Origin: an uncultured Bacteroidota bacterium
GTDB lineage: Bacteria > Bacteroidota > Ignavibacteria > Ignavibacteriales > Ignavibacteriaceae
NCBI GenBank assembly: GCA_963839165.1
Contig: CAWIUG010000005.1
Location: forward strand, 43,862 to 107,861
Direction: 5' to 3'
Length of the DNA stretch: 64,000 nucleotides
The notes below the pieces were generated by a model. The model searched no databases, was not told where the DNA came from, and saw only the letters and a program-made list of their open reading frames with translations. This document shows, piece after piece, positions 9,074 through 19,351 of the stretch (position 1 is the first letter of the stretch; every line of letters begins with the position of its first letter). Made by a program: the position numbers and the translations under genes.

Positions 9074-11171
9074 ATCCGATTGAAAGCAGGATGTAGTCAG
9101 CCAGGATATGTCCTGTTTCATCCAGCAGCGCATCGTAATTTTTAGTTTTCTTTGCCGGAGTTTCACCTTTCTGAATCAGCTTTAATCCCTGTTCCTTACG
9201 GATCCTGTTTTCCTCTTCAAACTTTTTTTCTTCCTCTGCCTCTTTTTCTTTTTCTCTCCGGTCATAATTCAGCGATACATATTTTTTATCGTGCGATTCT
9301 TCTGCATCCTGAACTGAAGCAATATAATTCTGGAACTCAGGATCATTCTTAATCCGCTCTTTGTGCATACTTATAAGCTGAGGAATGTATTTGGAAAAGC
9401 CACCATACTTTTCATAATCCGTAGGTGCTATCTGGTCCCATGGCAGAGCACTTGGTTCAGAGCTTTCGCCGTACTCCTTCGAATCCCCGAAAGGAGTAGG
9501 ATACTTGATATCAGGTATTACACCTTTATGCTGTGTGCTGCCTCCGTCGATACGATAATATTTCGCGATGGTGAGCTTCACCTGTCCGAATTTATTATCC
9601 TTATCGGGCATCAGCCTGTTCAGATCAATAAGGTTCTGAACGGTACCTTTTCCATAAGTCTGTTCGCCTATTATTAGCCCACGGCCGTAATCCTGGATAG
9701 CTGCTGAGAAGATTTCTGAAGCCGAAGCACTGAAACGGTTTACAAGTACTGCAAGAGGACCATCATATTCTATCGATGGGTCCGGGTCTCTGTCAACGTC
9801 AATAGAACCGTCTGCATCGCGTACCTGTACAACAGGACCTTTCTTAATAAACAGTCCTGTCATCTGTACAGCTTCCTGCAGTGAGCCTCCGCCATTGTTT
9901 CTGAGATCAATTATCACCCCGTCAACCTTCTCTTTTTTCAACTGATCAAGCAGTTTCTTAACATCCTTAGTCGTGCTCTTATAATCCTTTTCCCCTCTCT
10001 GCTGGGCTTCATAATCGCTATAAAATGCGGGAACGTTTATAATTCCTATCTTAAATTCTTTTTTCTGCTCATCGAGGTTTAATACAGAATCTTTGGCAGC
10101 CTGTTCCTCAAGTTTTACCTTATCCCTGGTCAATGTTATTTCATGGGGAGTAGCATTCGGTCCGCCGTCCGCAGGAATAATCAGCAGCCTTACTACCGTT
10201 CCTTTTTTTCCGCGTATCAGCTGAACCACATCTGTAATTCTCCACCCTATAACGTCTTCCATCTGGCCTGTATCACCCTGTGCAACTCCAACAATTTTAT
10301 CCTCGGGGTGAAGGAGTCCGCTCTTATATGCTGGACCTCCCGGAATTATCTCAACTACCTTAGTATAATCATCCTCGGTTCTCAGCTGGGCTCCGATTCC
10401 CTCGAGAGAGAGGCTCATATTTATCTTGAAATTATCTGAGGTGATGGGTGAAAAATAATTTGTATGAGGATCTATTGATTCAGTATAGGCATTCATAAAC
10501 TGCTGAAATACATCCTCACTATTGTACTGATCTACTGCTTTACGGTAATTATCATAACGTTTCTTCAGTGTCTCAGAAACCGATGCCCAATCCTTACCGG
10601 TGAGCTTAAGGTTCAGTGCATCGCTTTTAACACGTTTATGCCAGATTTCCTCTGCTTCTTTGTCCGTTTTTGGGAAGGGTTCATCCTCACGGTTAATCTC
10701 CATACTATCCTTTTTAGTATAATCAAATTCTTTATCCAGCAGCTTTTCGGCATAATCCAGTCTCTGATGCACCCTGTCTTTGAAAGTATTAAAAATTTCA
10801 AAAGCAGGTCCTAAATCACCGTCTTTTATCATATCATCCAGCTCAGTTCTGAAGCCATTGAACTTATCTATATCGGAGGCCAGGAAATAACTATGACTAA
10901 AATCGAGTGTATTTATATATTTATCGAAAATAGCAGCCGATAAGGAATCATTCAGATCAACTTTTTTGTAGTGATAACGTGAGATAATTGCATTTACAAG
11001 TTTATCAACCTGCGGCTGGTATGAATCGGGTTCTACGGTTCCGGTACTGTCTTTATCCTGTGTGTGGGAATATTGTTTACTTCCGGAATAAGCAAAATAA
11101 ATATTGGCTGCTGCCAATACAATAATTACTGCAAGTAGTCTTTTCATCTTCTTTGATAGGTTTATTGACAT
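9072..11171 (-). CDS. prc: Tail-specific (C-terminal processing) protease, S41 family
   Basis: 699 aa with an N-terminal anchor and a PDZ region. S41 catalytic region (VNRFSASASEIF..; GEQTYGKGTVQ) and the charged C-terminal extension typical of Prc. Confidence 0.9.
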   Translation of the reverse strand: MSINLSKKMKRLLAVIIVLAAANIYFAYSGSKQYSHTQDKDSTGTVEPDSYQPQVDKLVNAIISRYHYKKVDLNDSLSAAIFDKYINTLDFSHSYFLASDIDKFNGFRTELDDMIKDGDLGPAFEIFNTFKDRVHQRLDYAEKLLDKEFDYTKKDSMEINREDEPFPKTDKEAEEIWHKRVKSDALNLKLTGKDWASVSETLKKRYDNYRKAVDQYNSEDVFQQFMNAYTESIDPHTNYFSPITSDNFKINMSLSLEGIGAQLRTEDDYTKVVEIIPGGPAYKSGLLHPEDKIVGVAQGDTGQMEDVIGWRITDVVQLIRGKKGTVVRLLIIPADGGPNATPHEITLTRDKVKLEEQAAKDSVLNLDEQKKEFKIGIINVPAFYSDYEAQQRGEKDYKSTTKDVKKLLDQLKKEKVDGVIIDLRNNGGGSLQEAVQMTGLFIKKGPVVQVRDADGSIDVDRDPDPSIEYDGPLAVLVNRFSASASEIFSAAIQDYGRGLIIGEQTYGKGTVQNLIDLNRLMPDKDNKFGQVKLTIAKYYRIDGGSTQHKGVIPDIKYPTPFGDSKEYGESSEPSALPWDQIAPTDYEKYGGFSKYIPQLISMHKERIKNDPEFQNYIASVQDAEESHDKKYVSLNYDRREKEKEAEEEKKFEEENRIRKEQGLKLIQKGETPAKKTKNYDALLDETGHILADYILLSIG

Positions 11172-11374
11172 GATAATTCTTTGTTAACATTATAATTTAA
11201 GAATAGTTCCCGCCGGAACAAATTATAAGAAACTGTATATTAACTAATAATATATGATTATTAACTAAATTAAATTGTGTAGGGATCATACCGTTAAACT
11301 ATTTAGTATTTTTTACTGTGTTTGGAGTCATTTAAACAGACTGGTTATTCTATTATTATGATGCAGGAAATGAT

Positions 11375-11764
11375 ATGCGAACAAGGAAAAAGAAAATACT
11401 AATAGTTGAAGACCAATCGGTTATTGCCATTGATCTCAAAAAATCACTTAGTAAAAAAGGTTATATTGTTGTAGGAATTAGCGATAACGCACAGGATGCA
11501 GTCAATATAGTGAACGAATGCGAGCCGGATCTTATCTTAATGGATATCATGCTGAATGGAGAAAAAAACGGTATTGAAACAGCTGAAATGATTAGGAAAG
11601 AACGAGATATTCCTATAATTTACCTTACCGCGCTTACAGACGTTGACACCTACCTCAAGGCAATAAAAACAGAGCCATATAAGTACCTGATGAAACCACT
11701 GGAAATGGAATCACTGGAAAGAGCCATCGGAGAGATCTTTGGATCAGATTCCAACAGGGTCTAG
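11375..11764 (+). CDS. Stand-alone response-regulator receiver domain
   Basis: CheY-like: ILIVEDQ, phospho-acceptor context LILMDIML, YLTAL, and the conserved K in YLMKP. No output domain. Confidence 0.85.
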   Translation: MRTRKKKILIVEDQSVIAIDLKKSLSKKGYIVVGISDNAQDAVNIVNECEPDLILMDIMLNGEKNGIETAEMIRKERDIPIIYLTALTDVDTYLKAIKTEPYKYLMKPLEMESLERAIGEIFGSDSNRV

Positions 11765-11839
11765 TTCAAATATTAATATCTTTTCATTATATATATAAAC
11801 AGTTTTTTCTTTTGTTTGTAAATGAACTAATTAACCGGA

Positions 11840-12337
11840 GTGAAGGGTATGAAAAAAAGCGATGAAATCCTGAAGAAGAAATCGAAGGAAACCGAATCAT
11901 TAAAGGAAATAATCGATGAAGATAACGTTCCCCCCGGTAAAGTGATCCAGCAGACGATCATTGATGGAGAAGGAAAAAAAATAAAGGTATTTGAAGATCC
12001 TCTATACTCGCGTGAGAAGAGGAGTATGGTAAATTATTCGGTTTTCAGGGGGAGATGGGAGTTCGAGAATATCGATGAGATTGACGGAGTTGAAGATCAC
12101 TGCGCCGTAAAATTTTTCCCTGTAAAAGATGAATCCAGTTTTGTAATAGCATTTAAATCTGTAAAAGACAGAGTTGAGTTTTTCGATTCAATTTACAGCG
12201 ACAGCCAGATGAAACAGCGGGGAGGGGGAATGAACCTTGAGAAACTAGCAAATTCCCGGGTGCTTCAGACAACGGGCGGACTCATTAGTATTTCAGTGCT
12301 GGGCTACGGACTCTATAAAATGTTCAAGAAGAAGTAA
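11840..12337 (+). CDS. Hypothetical protein with C-terminal transmembrane anchor
   Basis: 165-aa ORF (the ATG at 11849 is more likely). It has a charged N-terminus and one C-terminal hydrophobic helix (GGLISISVLGYGLYKMF). I recognise no family. Confidence 0.55.
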   Translation: MKGMKKSDEILKKKSKETESLKEIIDEDNVPPGKVIQQTIIDGEGKKIKVFEDPLYSREKRSMVNYSVFRGRWEFENIDEIDGVEDHCAVKFFPVKDESSFVIAFKSVKDRVEFFDSIYSDSQMKQRGGGMNLEKLANSRVLQTTGGLISISVLGYGLYKMFKKK

Positions 12338-12391
12338 CGGCAGTTTCCTTGCAGAAAGGAGTGAGCTTATTTCCATCACTCAATTTAAGCC

Positions 12392-13693
12392 CTAATCCTT
12401 CTCTACACTGCGTGAGAAAATATAATCTACATTTTTAAGCATTGTCCCTGAACCAAAAATATCCTCTATCTCTTTTCCGGATAAATGTTTTTTTATCTCT
12501 TCGGATTTTTTCAATTCATCTTTAAGGTTTTTGGATTCATCAGCCCAGACATCCATGGCGGGAGTCTGAACAAGTTTATATGCATCCTCACGAGATACTC
12601 CTTTGTTAACAAGCTTAAGCATTACTGTCTGTGAGAAGACCAGTCCCCTGGTTATTTCCAGGTTCTTTAGCATATGGTCCGGGTAAACCAGCAGGTTGGT
12701 AATGAGCCTGGTCATAAGATCAAGCATATAATCAAGAGCGATGCAGCTGTCGGGAACAATAATCCTTTCTACAGACGAGTGTGAAATATCTCTCTCATGC
12801 CATAATGCCACATCTTCAATAGCAGCGGTTGCATTTCCCCTGAGTACCCTGGAAAGACCTGTTATCCTTTCACTTATTATGGGGTTTCTTTTATGGGGCA
12901 TGGCGGATGAACCTTTCTGTCCTTTTGAGAAATATTCCTCGGCCTCAAGAACTTCGGTTCTCTGGAGATGACGTATCTCTATCGCGATCTTCTCTAAGGT
13001 GGCCCCTATAACTGCCAATGTAGTCAGGTACTGGGCATGCCTGTCGCGCTGGATTACCTGCGTCGAAACGGGTGCAGGCTTAAGTCCCATCTTTTCGCAG
13101 ACATATTCTTCCACCTTTGGCGAAAGATGTTCGAAAGTGCCAACGGCGCCTGAGATCTGCCCTACACTTATCTCATCCACAGCATTCTCCAGGCGTTTAA
13201 TGTTCCTTTTTGTTTCTTCATACCATAGTGCAAATTTCAACCCCATTGTGGTGGGTTCAGCGTGAATACCGTGCGATCGGCCGACGCACAGGGTATGTTT
13301 ATGTTCCAATGCCCTGGTCTTCAGGGCAGCCTTCAAATCTTTCAGTCTCTTAAGGAGCATTTCGCCGGCTGTCTTCATCTGGTAGGAAAGTGTTGTATCG
13401 AGGATATCCGATGAAGTCATTCCATAATGGATGTGCCGGGATTCGGAACCGACATATTCCGCTACGTTCGTAAGGAACGCTATTACATCGTGCTTAGTTG
13501 TTTCTTCTATTTCAAGAACACGTTTAACATCGAAATCTGCTTTCGTTTTTATTATATCAACATCCTCCTCAGGAATCTCACCCATTTTGCTTCGGGCTTC
13601 GCAGGCAAGTATCTCAATTTTCAGCCAGGTGTCTAATTTAAATTTATCCTGCCAGATCTTTCCCATTTCCGGGAGAGTATAGCGCTCTATCAT
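12392..13693 (-). CDS. purB: Adenylosuccinate lyase
   Basis: Fumarate-lyase signature GSSAMPHKRNP plus HYGMTSSD and TLCVGRSHG, at typical PurB length. Confidence 0.95.
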   Translation of the reverse strand: MIERYTLPEMGKIWQDKFKLDTWLKIEILACEARSKMGEIPEEDVDIIKTKADFDVKRVLEIEETTKHDVIAFLTNVAEYVGSESRHIHYGMTSSDILDTTLSYQMKTAGEMLLKRLKDLKAALKTRALEHKHTLCVGRSHGIHAEPTTMGLKFALWYEETKRNIKRLENAVDEISVGQISGAVGTFEHLSPKVEEYVCEKMGLKPAPVSTQVIQRDRHAQYLTTLAVIGATLEKIAIEIRHLQRTEVLEAEEYFSKGQKGSSAMPHKRNPIISERITGLSRVLRGNATAAIEDVALWHERDISHSSVERIIVPDSCIALDYMLDLMTRLITNLLVYPDHMLKNLEITRGLVFSQTVMLKLVNKGVSREDAYKLVQTPAMDVWADESKNLKDELKKSEEIKKHLSGKEIEDIFGSGTMLKNVDYIFSRSVEKD

Positions 13694-14868
13694 TTTTTAT
13701 TCTCCAGTTTCATTTGAACCGTTATTGGTTTATTATTCCTCAGGATGTTTAGCGTGATGGTCTGACCTTTTCTGAATTCCTGGAATACCCCGATTATAGT
13801 CTGATCATCGTTTATACGGTAATGATCTACCTGGGTGATGATATCTCCCACCTCAATCCCTGCCTTTTTCGCTGGTGAATCGGGAAGTACCTGGGTGACT
13901 ATAACACCGCGGGTCTCATCCAGGTTATAATAACTTGCTATCTGCTGATCAATTGTCTGTATTCTCATCCCCGGATCAAAATCGCGGTCAATTTTCCCCT
14001 TCTTCTTTAGTTCGGAGATTATATTTTTAATTTTATCGATCGGAATTGCAAAACCAAGTCCTATGCTTCCCTGTGAACCATCTCCACCAGTAAAAATAAG
14101 AGTATTCATCCCGATTACCTGCCCTTCACTGTTTACCAGAGGACCTCCGCTATTGCCGCCGTTGATTGCGGCGTCTGTCTGAAGCATATTTATATAGTAA
14201 CGGTTATTTATAGGCTCAAGGTTCATTCCTGTTGAACTGATAACACCTACGGTAACGGTTGGTTTATCATTTATTTCGAATAAACCAAAGGGATTACCAA
14301 GTGCGATTACCCATTCTCCGATCATAACATCATCTGAATTACCAAGTACTTCATACGGAAGATCAGAAGCATCCACCTTTAGTAAACAAATATCGGTTAC
14401 AGGATCCGTTCCAACTACGGAGGCTTTGTAGTGTTTTCCATTTGTCATCGTTACTGTTATTTCAGTAGCATTACCCGCCACATGGTCGTTCGTTACTATG
14501 TAGCCGTCAGGGGAGATTATAAATCCCGAACCGAGACCTTTCACTTTCTGACTGTATGATCTGTTGTTAAAAAACTGTCTGAAGAAAGGATCATCAAAAA
14601 AAGAATCGCGGTATTGCCTGATCTCTGTAACATTTATTCCAACAACTGCGGGACTAACTTTCTTTACAGTCTCTGTAATAATATTATTTCTGGAATTAGT
14701 AATGTCACCATTCTGCTTGTCTTTCTGCTGAAATTGTGTAAGAGAATAATTCCCGTCAGTTGAAACAAATAGCGGCGCGGGCTTATCCGGTCTGATTATA
14801 AAAAAAGCTGCTGCAACAATGGCTAGTACGGAACCAAATGTAATTAATCTTCTCTGAAAAGACGTCAT
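13690..14868 (-). CDS. HtrA/DegQ-like serine protease with one PDZ domain
   Basis: N-terminal anchor, catalytic triad contexts TNDHV, DICLLKV, GNSGGPLVN, and a C-terminal PDZ (GVIVTQVLPDSPAKKAGIEVGDII). 4-nt overlaps with plsY and purB. Confidence 0.9.
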   Translation of the reverse strand: MTSFQRRLITFGSVLAIVAAAFFIIRPDKPAPLFVSTDGNYSLTQFQQKDKQNGDITNSRNNIITETVKKVSPAVVGINVTEIRQYRDSFFDDPFFRQFFNNRSYSQKVKGLGSGFIISPDGYIVTNDHVAGNATEITVTMTNGKHYKASVVGTDPVTDICLLKVDASDLPYEVLGNSDDVMIGEWVIALGNPFGLFEINDKPTVTVGVISSTGMNLEPINNRYYINMLQTDAAINGGNSGGPLVNSEGQVIGMNTLIFTGGDGSQGSIGLGFAIPIDKIKNIISELKKKGKIDRDFDPGMRIQTIDQQIASYYNLDETRGVIVTQVLPDSPAKKAGIEVGDIITQVDHYRINDDQTIIGVFQEFRKGQTITLNILRNNKPITVQMKLENKK

Positions 14869-15497
14869 CGTTTAACCTTCCTGATAAAATTTTTGTTTTT
14901 AATAAGCTCTTTAAGTGGTACAATATGTCTCACAAATATAGTTATGAGCAGGGCTATACTGAAGAGTATTAGCTCACCCCTGGTTCCAGCACGCGGAAAT
15001 GAATATTTTATGGCAATATCTGAGGAGGTCAGGATAATTATCAGAGTTGCTATAATGGCAGCTATATTTGCCAATAAAATATCTTTTCGGAAAATGTATA
15101 TGGCCAGCCAGAGTATTCCCCAAACAATCAGTGCAAAAGGAAAAAGTAATGCGGCACCCCCGGCGGCCGCTGCCAGTCCTCTGCCGCCTTTGAATCCCAG
15201 CCAGGGATTGTAGCAGTGCGCAAAGACTGCAAAAAACAGCGAAACTGCAGGAAACAAAAAATTTACCGGAAACAGGAGAAGAATAAGGTAGACGCTAAGC
15301 AGTCCTTTTAAGGCATCAATAACCAGAACGGCCACGCCAATTGTCTTTGAATTTGTTACCTCGAAGGAATTCCTTGCCCCCACATTTCCGGAACCGGCTT
15401 CGGTTATATCAATTCCCCTGCTTTTTTTTAAAAGGATATATGCCGCAGGGAATGAACCCAGCAAGTATCCTATTAAAGCACTTAACAGATATTCCAT
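14865..15497 (-). CDS. plsY: Glycerol-3-phosphate acyltransferase PlsY
   Basis: GYLLGSFP, SGNVGARN, LKG and GGRGLA motifs in a polytopic membrane protein of ~210 aa. Confidence 0.9.
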   Translation of the reverse strand: MEYLLSALIGYLLGSFPAAYILLKKSRGIDITEAGSGNVGARNSFEVTNSKTIGVAVLVIDALKGLLSVYLILLLFPVNFLFPAVSLFFAVFAHCYNPWLGFKGGRGLAAAAGGAALLFPFALIVWGILWLAIYIFRKDILLANIAAIIATLIIILTSSDIAIKYSFPRAGTRGELILFSIALLITIFVRHIVPLKELIKNKNFIRKVKR

Positions 15498-15595
15498 TTT
15501 GATGATAAGTTAACAGATAATATTCAAACTTAATAAATTATGAAATATTAAATCGGTTAAACGGGTCAAAAAAATAACTAAATGCCCGAAAATTA

Positions 15596-15626
15596 TTGCA
15601 AGATAATTGTAATCCTTTTATATTTG
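15596..15626 (+). promoter_or_regulatory. Candidate Bacteroidetes-type promoter (TTG ... TATATTTG) upstream of the tRNA genes
   Basis: TTG at 15596 and TATATTTG (TAnnTTTG) at 15619-15626, ~100 nt upstream of tRNA-Gly. Confidence 0.3.
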
Positions 15627-15730
15627 TCACTCTTAAAATTTAGATTAAGAAAAGAAATTGCCCCGGTTTTCGGGGGAAACCCGAATTTAAGGGGATATCG
15701 TTAATGAAGGGCATTTTGTTATTACATATT

Positions 15731-15803
<73 letters not shown>

Positions 15804-15808
15804 CTGGA

Positions 15809-15837
15809 AGAAATCCACTTCAGGTGGATTTCTTTTT
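15809..15837 (+). terminator. Hairpin plus T-run after tRNA-Gly
   Basis: AGAAATCCAC / GTGGATTTCT 10-bp stem, 5-nt loop, T5. Confidence 0.6.
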
Positions 15838-15873
15838 GTTATAATTCTTTATTTATATTTGTTATTGAAAAAC

Positions 15874-15947
15874 GGCGCTGTAGCCAAGTGGTCTAAGGCG
15901 AAGGTCTGCAAAACCTTTATTCGTCGGTTCGAATCCGACCGGCGCCT
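15874..15947 (+). tRNA. tRNA-Cys (GCA)
   Basis: Acceptor GGCGCTG/CGGCGCC (one G-U pair), anticodon loop CTGCAAA, T arm TCGGTTCGAATCCGA. Confidence 0.95.
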
Positions 15948-15952
15948 CTATG

Positions 15953-15987
15953 AAGCCTGAGAATTCTACATTTTCAGGCTTTTTTTA
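15953..15987 (+). terminator. Rho-independent terminator after tRNA-Cys
   Basis: AAGCCTGA / TCAGGCTT stem followed by T7. Confidence 0.7.
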
Positions 15988-16206
15988 TTTCACTCCTTTC
16001 TCACACTTTCTCTTAAGCTTTCTACTTATTTCCATAAACTGACTTCGGATTCATCCATTAAATTTAGATACGATATGATGAAAACCAGCTAAAACCTGGT
16101 TAAAAGATTTGAAGCGTGAATGCTTAAAACTAATTAAAATTAGAAAGATGTTCTAGTTTGAAACATTCCCGCAGGAGGAATATTTGAAAATTTGATAATA
16201 TTCCAC

Positions 16207-16221
16207 TGGCACCTGAATTGA
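16207..16221 (+). promoter_or_regulatory. Candidate sigma-54 (-24/-12) promoter
   Basis: TGGCACctgaaTTGA matches TGGCAC-N5-TTGC in spacing, with one mismatch in the -12 element. It lies 76 nt upstream of the STAS gene. Confidence 0.3.
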
Positions 16222-16296
16222 ATGAGTTAAACAAGACTGAAGAGGGCGGAAAATAAAAACTCAAAATTCAGGTAATTAAAAACAGCGAGGATATCG

Positions 16297-16671
16297 ATGT
16301 TAGACTTCGAAAAAGAATATAGTGGTGATATAGTTGTTATAACCGTGAATATTTCACGCGCCACAGTAAAAGAGGCTCACGATTTCAGAAAGTTCATCGA
16401 TGACGAAATCAAGAAGAAAAAGCTTAAGATTATTATCGATCTTAGTCCCTGTGATTTCATCGATTCAACATTCATTGGTGTCCTGGTGGTTACTTTGAAG
16501 AAACTGGCCGACATCGGTGGTGAATTAAGAATTATTGAGCCCCCGTCAATAGCGCATACAATCCTTACAGTTACCGGTACATTAAATATTTTCAATATTC
16601 ATAAAACCAAATCGGAAGCTATAATGAGTCTGATGGATCCAAGTCAGATCTACGATTCAATGGCTTCATAA
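16297..16671 (+). CDS. STAS-domain protein (anti-sigma-factor antagonist family)
   Basis: SpoIIAA-like length and pattern. The conserved DS motif context is DFIDSTFIGVLV, and the C-terminal part reads LRI..P......IL..TG....F. Confidence 0.8.
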   Translation: MLDFEKEYSGDIVVITVNISRATVKEAHDFRKFIDDEIKKKKLKIIIDLSPCDFIDSTFIGVLVVTLKKLADIGGELRIIEPPSIAHTILTVTGTLNIFNIHKTKSEAIMSLMDPSQIYDSMAS

Positions 16672-16817
16672 CAGAGGTTATCCTTCGATCATCTCTCCCT
16701 TAGGAGATAACCGGGCATATATAGAAGACGGCCCAGTAAAAGGGATATAAAAATAACAGCTTCACGCAATAGGGGTCAGTGAGATCTTCCAAAGTCGTGA
16801 ATCAACAAATCCTCTAT

Positions 16818-17354
16818 TTATTTTCTTGACCCATGACGGTAACCCCTATATGGTAAGGAATGATTAACAGTAATAAAAGCTTTCGGGTCAATCGATTCTA
16901 TCAGGTTGACCATTTTTTTTTGGAATTTCCTTGGGGCGATTAGTACGATAATTGAAACTCCTCCTGCACCCCCCTCACCAGGCACTATAGTAACACCAAA
17001 ACGCGATTTCCTTAATGCATTCGCAATCTGATCAGTGTAATGACGTGAGATAACATTAAGCTGAATGTATCCCAGTCCTATTTTCTGTTCAATTGATATA
17101 CCTATAACATTTCCCAAAGCGAATCCCGCGGCATAACCGAACAGGTTAGGAATATGATCAAGATGCTGCATTATAAATCTCATTGCGAAGATCCAGATAA
17201 GTACCTCGAAGAAACCCGCAATGCCGGCGAAATATTTTTTACCCTGTACCACAAAAATTGTACGCATTGTTCCTATGCTTACATCACATATACGCATTAC
17301 CGCTATTAGCAATGCTCCACCTGCGGAGTTAAGTATTAGATCTATATCAATCAT
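16818..17354 (-). CDS. UPF0316 / DUF2179-family membrane protein
   Basis: Three N-terminal TM helices followed by a soluble C-terminal domain (GVTIVPGEGG...VLIAPRK...I..IDPKAFITV), typical of this family. Confidence 0.7.
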   Translation of the reverse strand: MIDIDLILNSAGGALLIAVMRICDVSIGTMRTIFVVQGKKYFAGIAGFFEVLIWIFAMRFIMQHLDHIPNLFGYAAGFALGNVIGISIEQKIGLGYIQLNVISRHYTDQIANALRKSRFGVTIVPGEGGAGGVSIIVLIAPRKFQKKMVNLIESIDPKAFITVNHSLPYRGYRHGSRK

Positions 17355-17409
17355 TTCAAAAACTTTTTGTCAATTAGCATTCAAATTAAAGAATTAAAAT
17401 TAATTATTT

Positions 17410-17417
17410 TATCTTTG
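17410..17417 (+). promoter_or_regulatory. Candidate -7 box TATCTTTG (TAnnTTTG) upstream of pcm
   Basis: Motif match 24 nt upstream of the pcm ATG. Confidence 0.3.
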
Positions 17418-17440
17418 TGTGACTTAACTTTCCGGGTAAT

Positions 17441-18076
17441 ATGTACGAATCAGAGAGAAATGAATTAGTAGAAAAATTAAAAAAGAGGGGTATAGAGGAT
17501 GAAAGGGTTCTTCATTCGATTTTAGTGGTCGAAAGAGATAAATTCGTTCCCGATGCACTGAAAATGCATGCATATAAGGACATCGCTCTGCCTATAGGAT
17601 ACGGTCAGACAATCTCACAACCGTATACCGTTGCCTATATGACGCAGGTCCTGAAGCTGAATGAAGAAGATAAGGTGCTTGAGATCGGCACCGGTTCCGG
17701 ATACCAGGCAGCTCTTCTTGAGAATATGGGGATGAAGGTTTACAGCATCGAACGTCAGTTTGAAATATATATCAAAACTCAAAAACTATTTGATACTCTG
17801 GGGATAAGGGTTCATACCAAATATGGTGACGGTACTATCGGCTGGGAAGAATATTCACCATATAATGGTATAATCGTAACCGCCGGCTCTCCATCGGTGC
17901 CTGTTTCCTTAAAGAAACAGCTTGCCGTAGGAGGACGTCTGGTAATTCCTGTTGGGGATAAGAAATCGCAGATCCTTAAGATCATTCAGAAGGTTGGCGA
18001 AGATGATTTTGAGGTCAGGGACATTCCTGAGTTCGCATTTGTTCCGCTCATTGGAAGGGAAGGATGGAACAGGTGA
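17441..18076 (+). CDS. pcm: Protein-L-isoaspartate O-methyltransferase
   Basis: TISQPY, VLEIGTGSGYQAA (SAM motif I), GGRLVIPVG. Confidence 0.9.
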   Translation: MYESERNELVEKLKKRGIEDERVLHSILVVERDKFVPDALKMHAYKDIALPIGYGQTISQPYTVAYMTQVLKLNEEDKVLEIGTGSGYQAALLENMGMKVYSIERQFEIYIKTQKLFDTLGIRVHTKYGDGTIGWEEYSPYNGIIVTAGSPSVPVSLKKQLAVGGRLVIPVGDKKSQILKIIQKVGEDDFEVRDIPEFAFVPLIGREGWNR

Positions 18077-18290
18077 TACTTATAAAAATCCGTTTTTCAG
18101 ATTTACACTGAGACTAAAAGTTGATATATTGATTTCGAAATAATTGGGGATGGGGAGGATTTATTTTTAGTGGGAAAAATATGCAGTTCAAAAATTATAT
18201 TTCCCCTATATTAATAATCCTGACTTAATTTGATAGATATAGGTTATTCATAATTAACTAATTAATCATCAAATATGCAGGGAGAGTTAT

Positions 18291-19337
18291 ATGATTGGAA
18301 TCGTCGGATTTGGTTCTTATCTTCCACGATACAGGGTTAAAGTTGAAAACATTTCAAGGGAGTGGGGAGCCGATCCAGAAGCAATTAAGCGAGGTTTGTT
18401 ATTGTATGAGAAGACCGTTCCCGGTCTTGATGAGGATACTATAACAATCTCAGTACAGGCTGCAAAGTATGCTCTTCAGCGCTGCGGTATAAATCCTGCC
18501 GATATAGGTGCCGTTTATATCGGGTCTGAATCGCATCCATACGCTGTTAAACCAAGCGGCACAATTTTAATAGACGCCCTTGGTATTGGTCCTGACGTTC
18601 ACGTTGCAAGTTATGAATTTGCATGTAAAGCAGGTACAGAAGCAATGTTTGTTGCATATGGACTGGTTAAAGCCGGTGAAGTAAAGTATGCTCTGGCAAT
18701 AGGTGCCGATACTTCTCAGGGAGCTCCGGGTGACGCACTTGAATATTCTGCGTCAGCAGGAGGTTCTGCTTTTATAATTGGACAGGAAAATGTTGTTGCC
18801 GAATATTTATTCACACATTCTTATACTTCAGATACTCCTGATTTCTGGAGAAGAGAAGGTGAATTTTATCCAAGACATGCAGGACGTTTTACGGGTGAGC
18901 CCGCTTACTTCAGACATGTAGTCAATGCGGGTAAAGGCCTGCTCGATAAATCAGGATTGAAACCTGAAGACTTTAAGTATGCAGTGTTCCATATGCCTAA
19001 CGGGAAGTTTCCTCAGATGGCAGGCAAACAGCTGGGGTTTACAAAAGAGCAGCTTGAGACAGGGTGGATAGTTCCCTGGATGGGAAATACTTATTCCGGT
19101 TCTTCTCCTACAGGCTTGTCGGCAGTTCTTGATGTTGCGGATCCTGGTGATAAAATATTTATGGTCTCTTTCGGTTCAGGTGCCGGAAGCGATGGTTTTA
19201 TCTTCCAGGTTACCGATAAAATAAAAGCGGTTCAGAATAAGGCGCCGAAGGTGAGAGATATGCTTGATAATGATAAGATCTATCTCGACTATGGTGAATA
19301 TGCCAAATTCCGTCGTAAAATAATCTTGAACGAATAG
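18291..19337 (+). CDS. Hydroxymethylglutaryl-CoA synthase, short archaeal type
   Basis: 348 aa. [11 protein letters not shown], catalytic Cys context [29 protein letters not shown]. This is the short form that lacks the bacterial MvaS C-terminal region. Confidence 0.8.
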   Translation: MIGIVGFGSYLPRYRVKVENISREWGADPEAIKRGLLLYEKTVPGLDEDTITISVQAAKYALQRCGINPADIGAVYIGSESHPYAVKPSGTILIDALGIGPDVHVASYEFACKAGTEAMFVAYGLVKAGEVKYALAIGADTSQGAPGDALEYSASAGGSAFIIGQENVVAEYLFTHSYTSDTPDFWRREGEFYPRHAGRFTGEPAYFRHVVNAGKGLLDKSGLKPEDFKYAVFHMPNGKFPQMAGKQLGFTKEQLETGWIVPWMGNTYSGSSPTGLSAVLDVADPGDKIFMVSFGSGAGSDGFIFQVTDKIKAVQNKAPKVRDMLDNDKIYLDYGEYAKFRRKIILNE

Positions 19338-19351
19338 AGGGAGGAGAAAAA

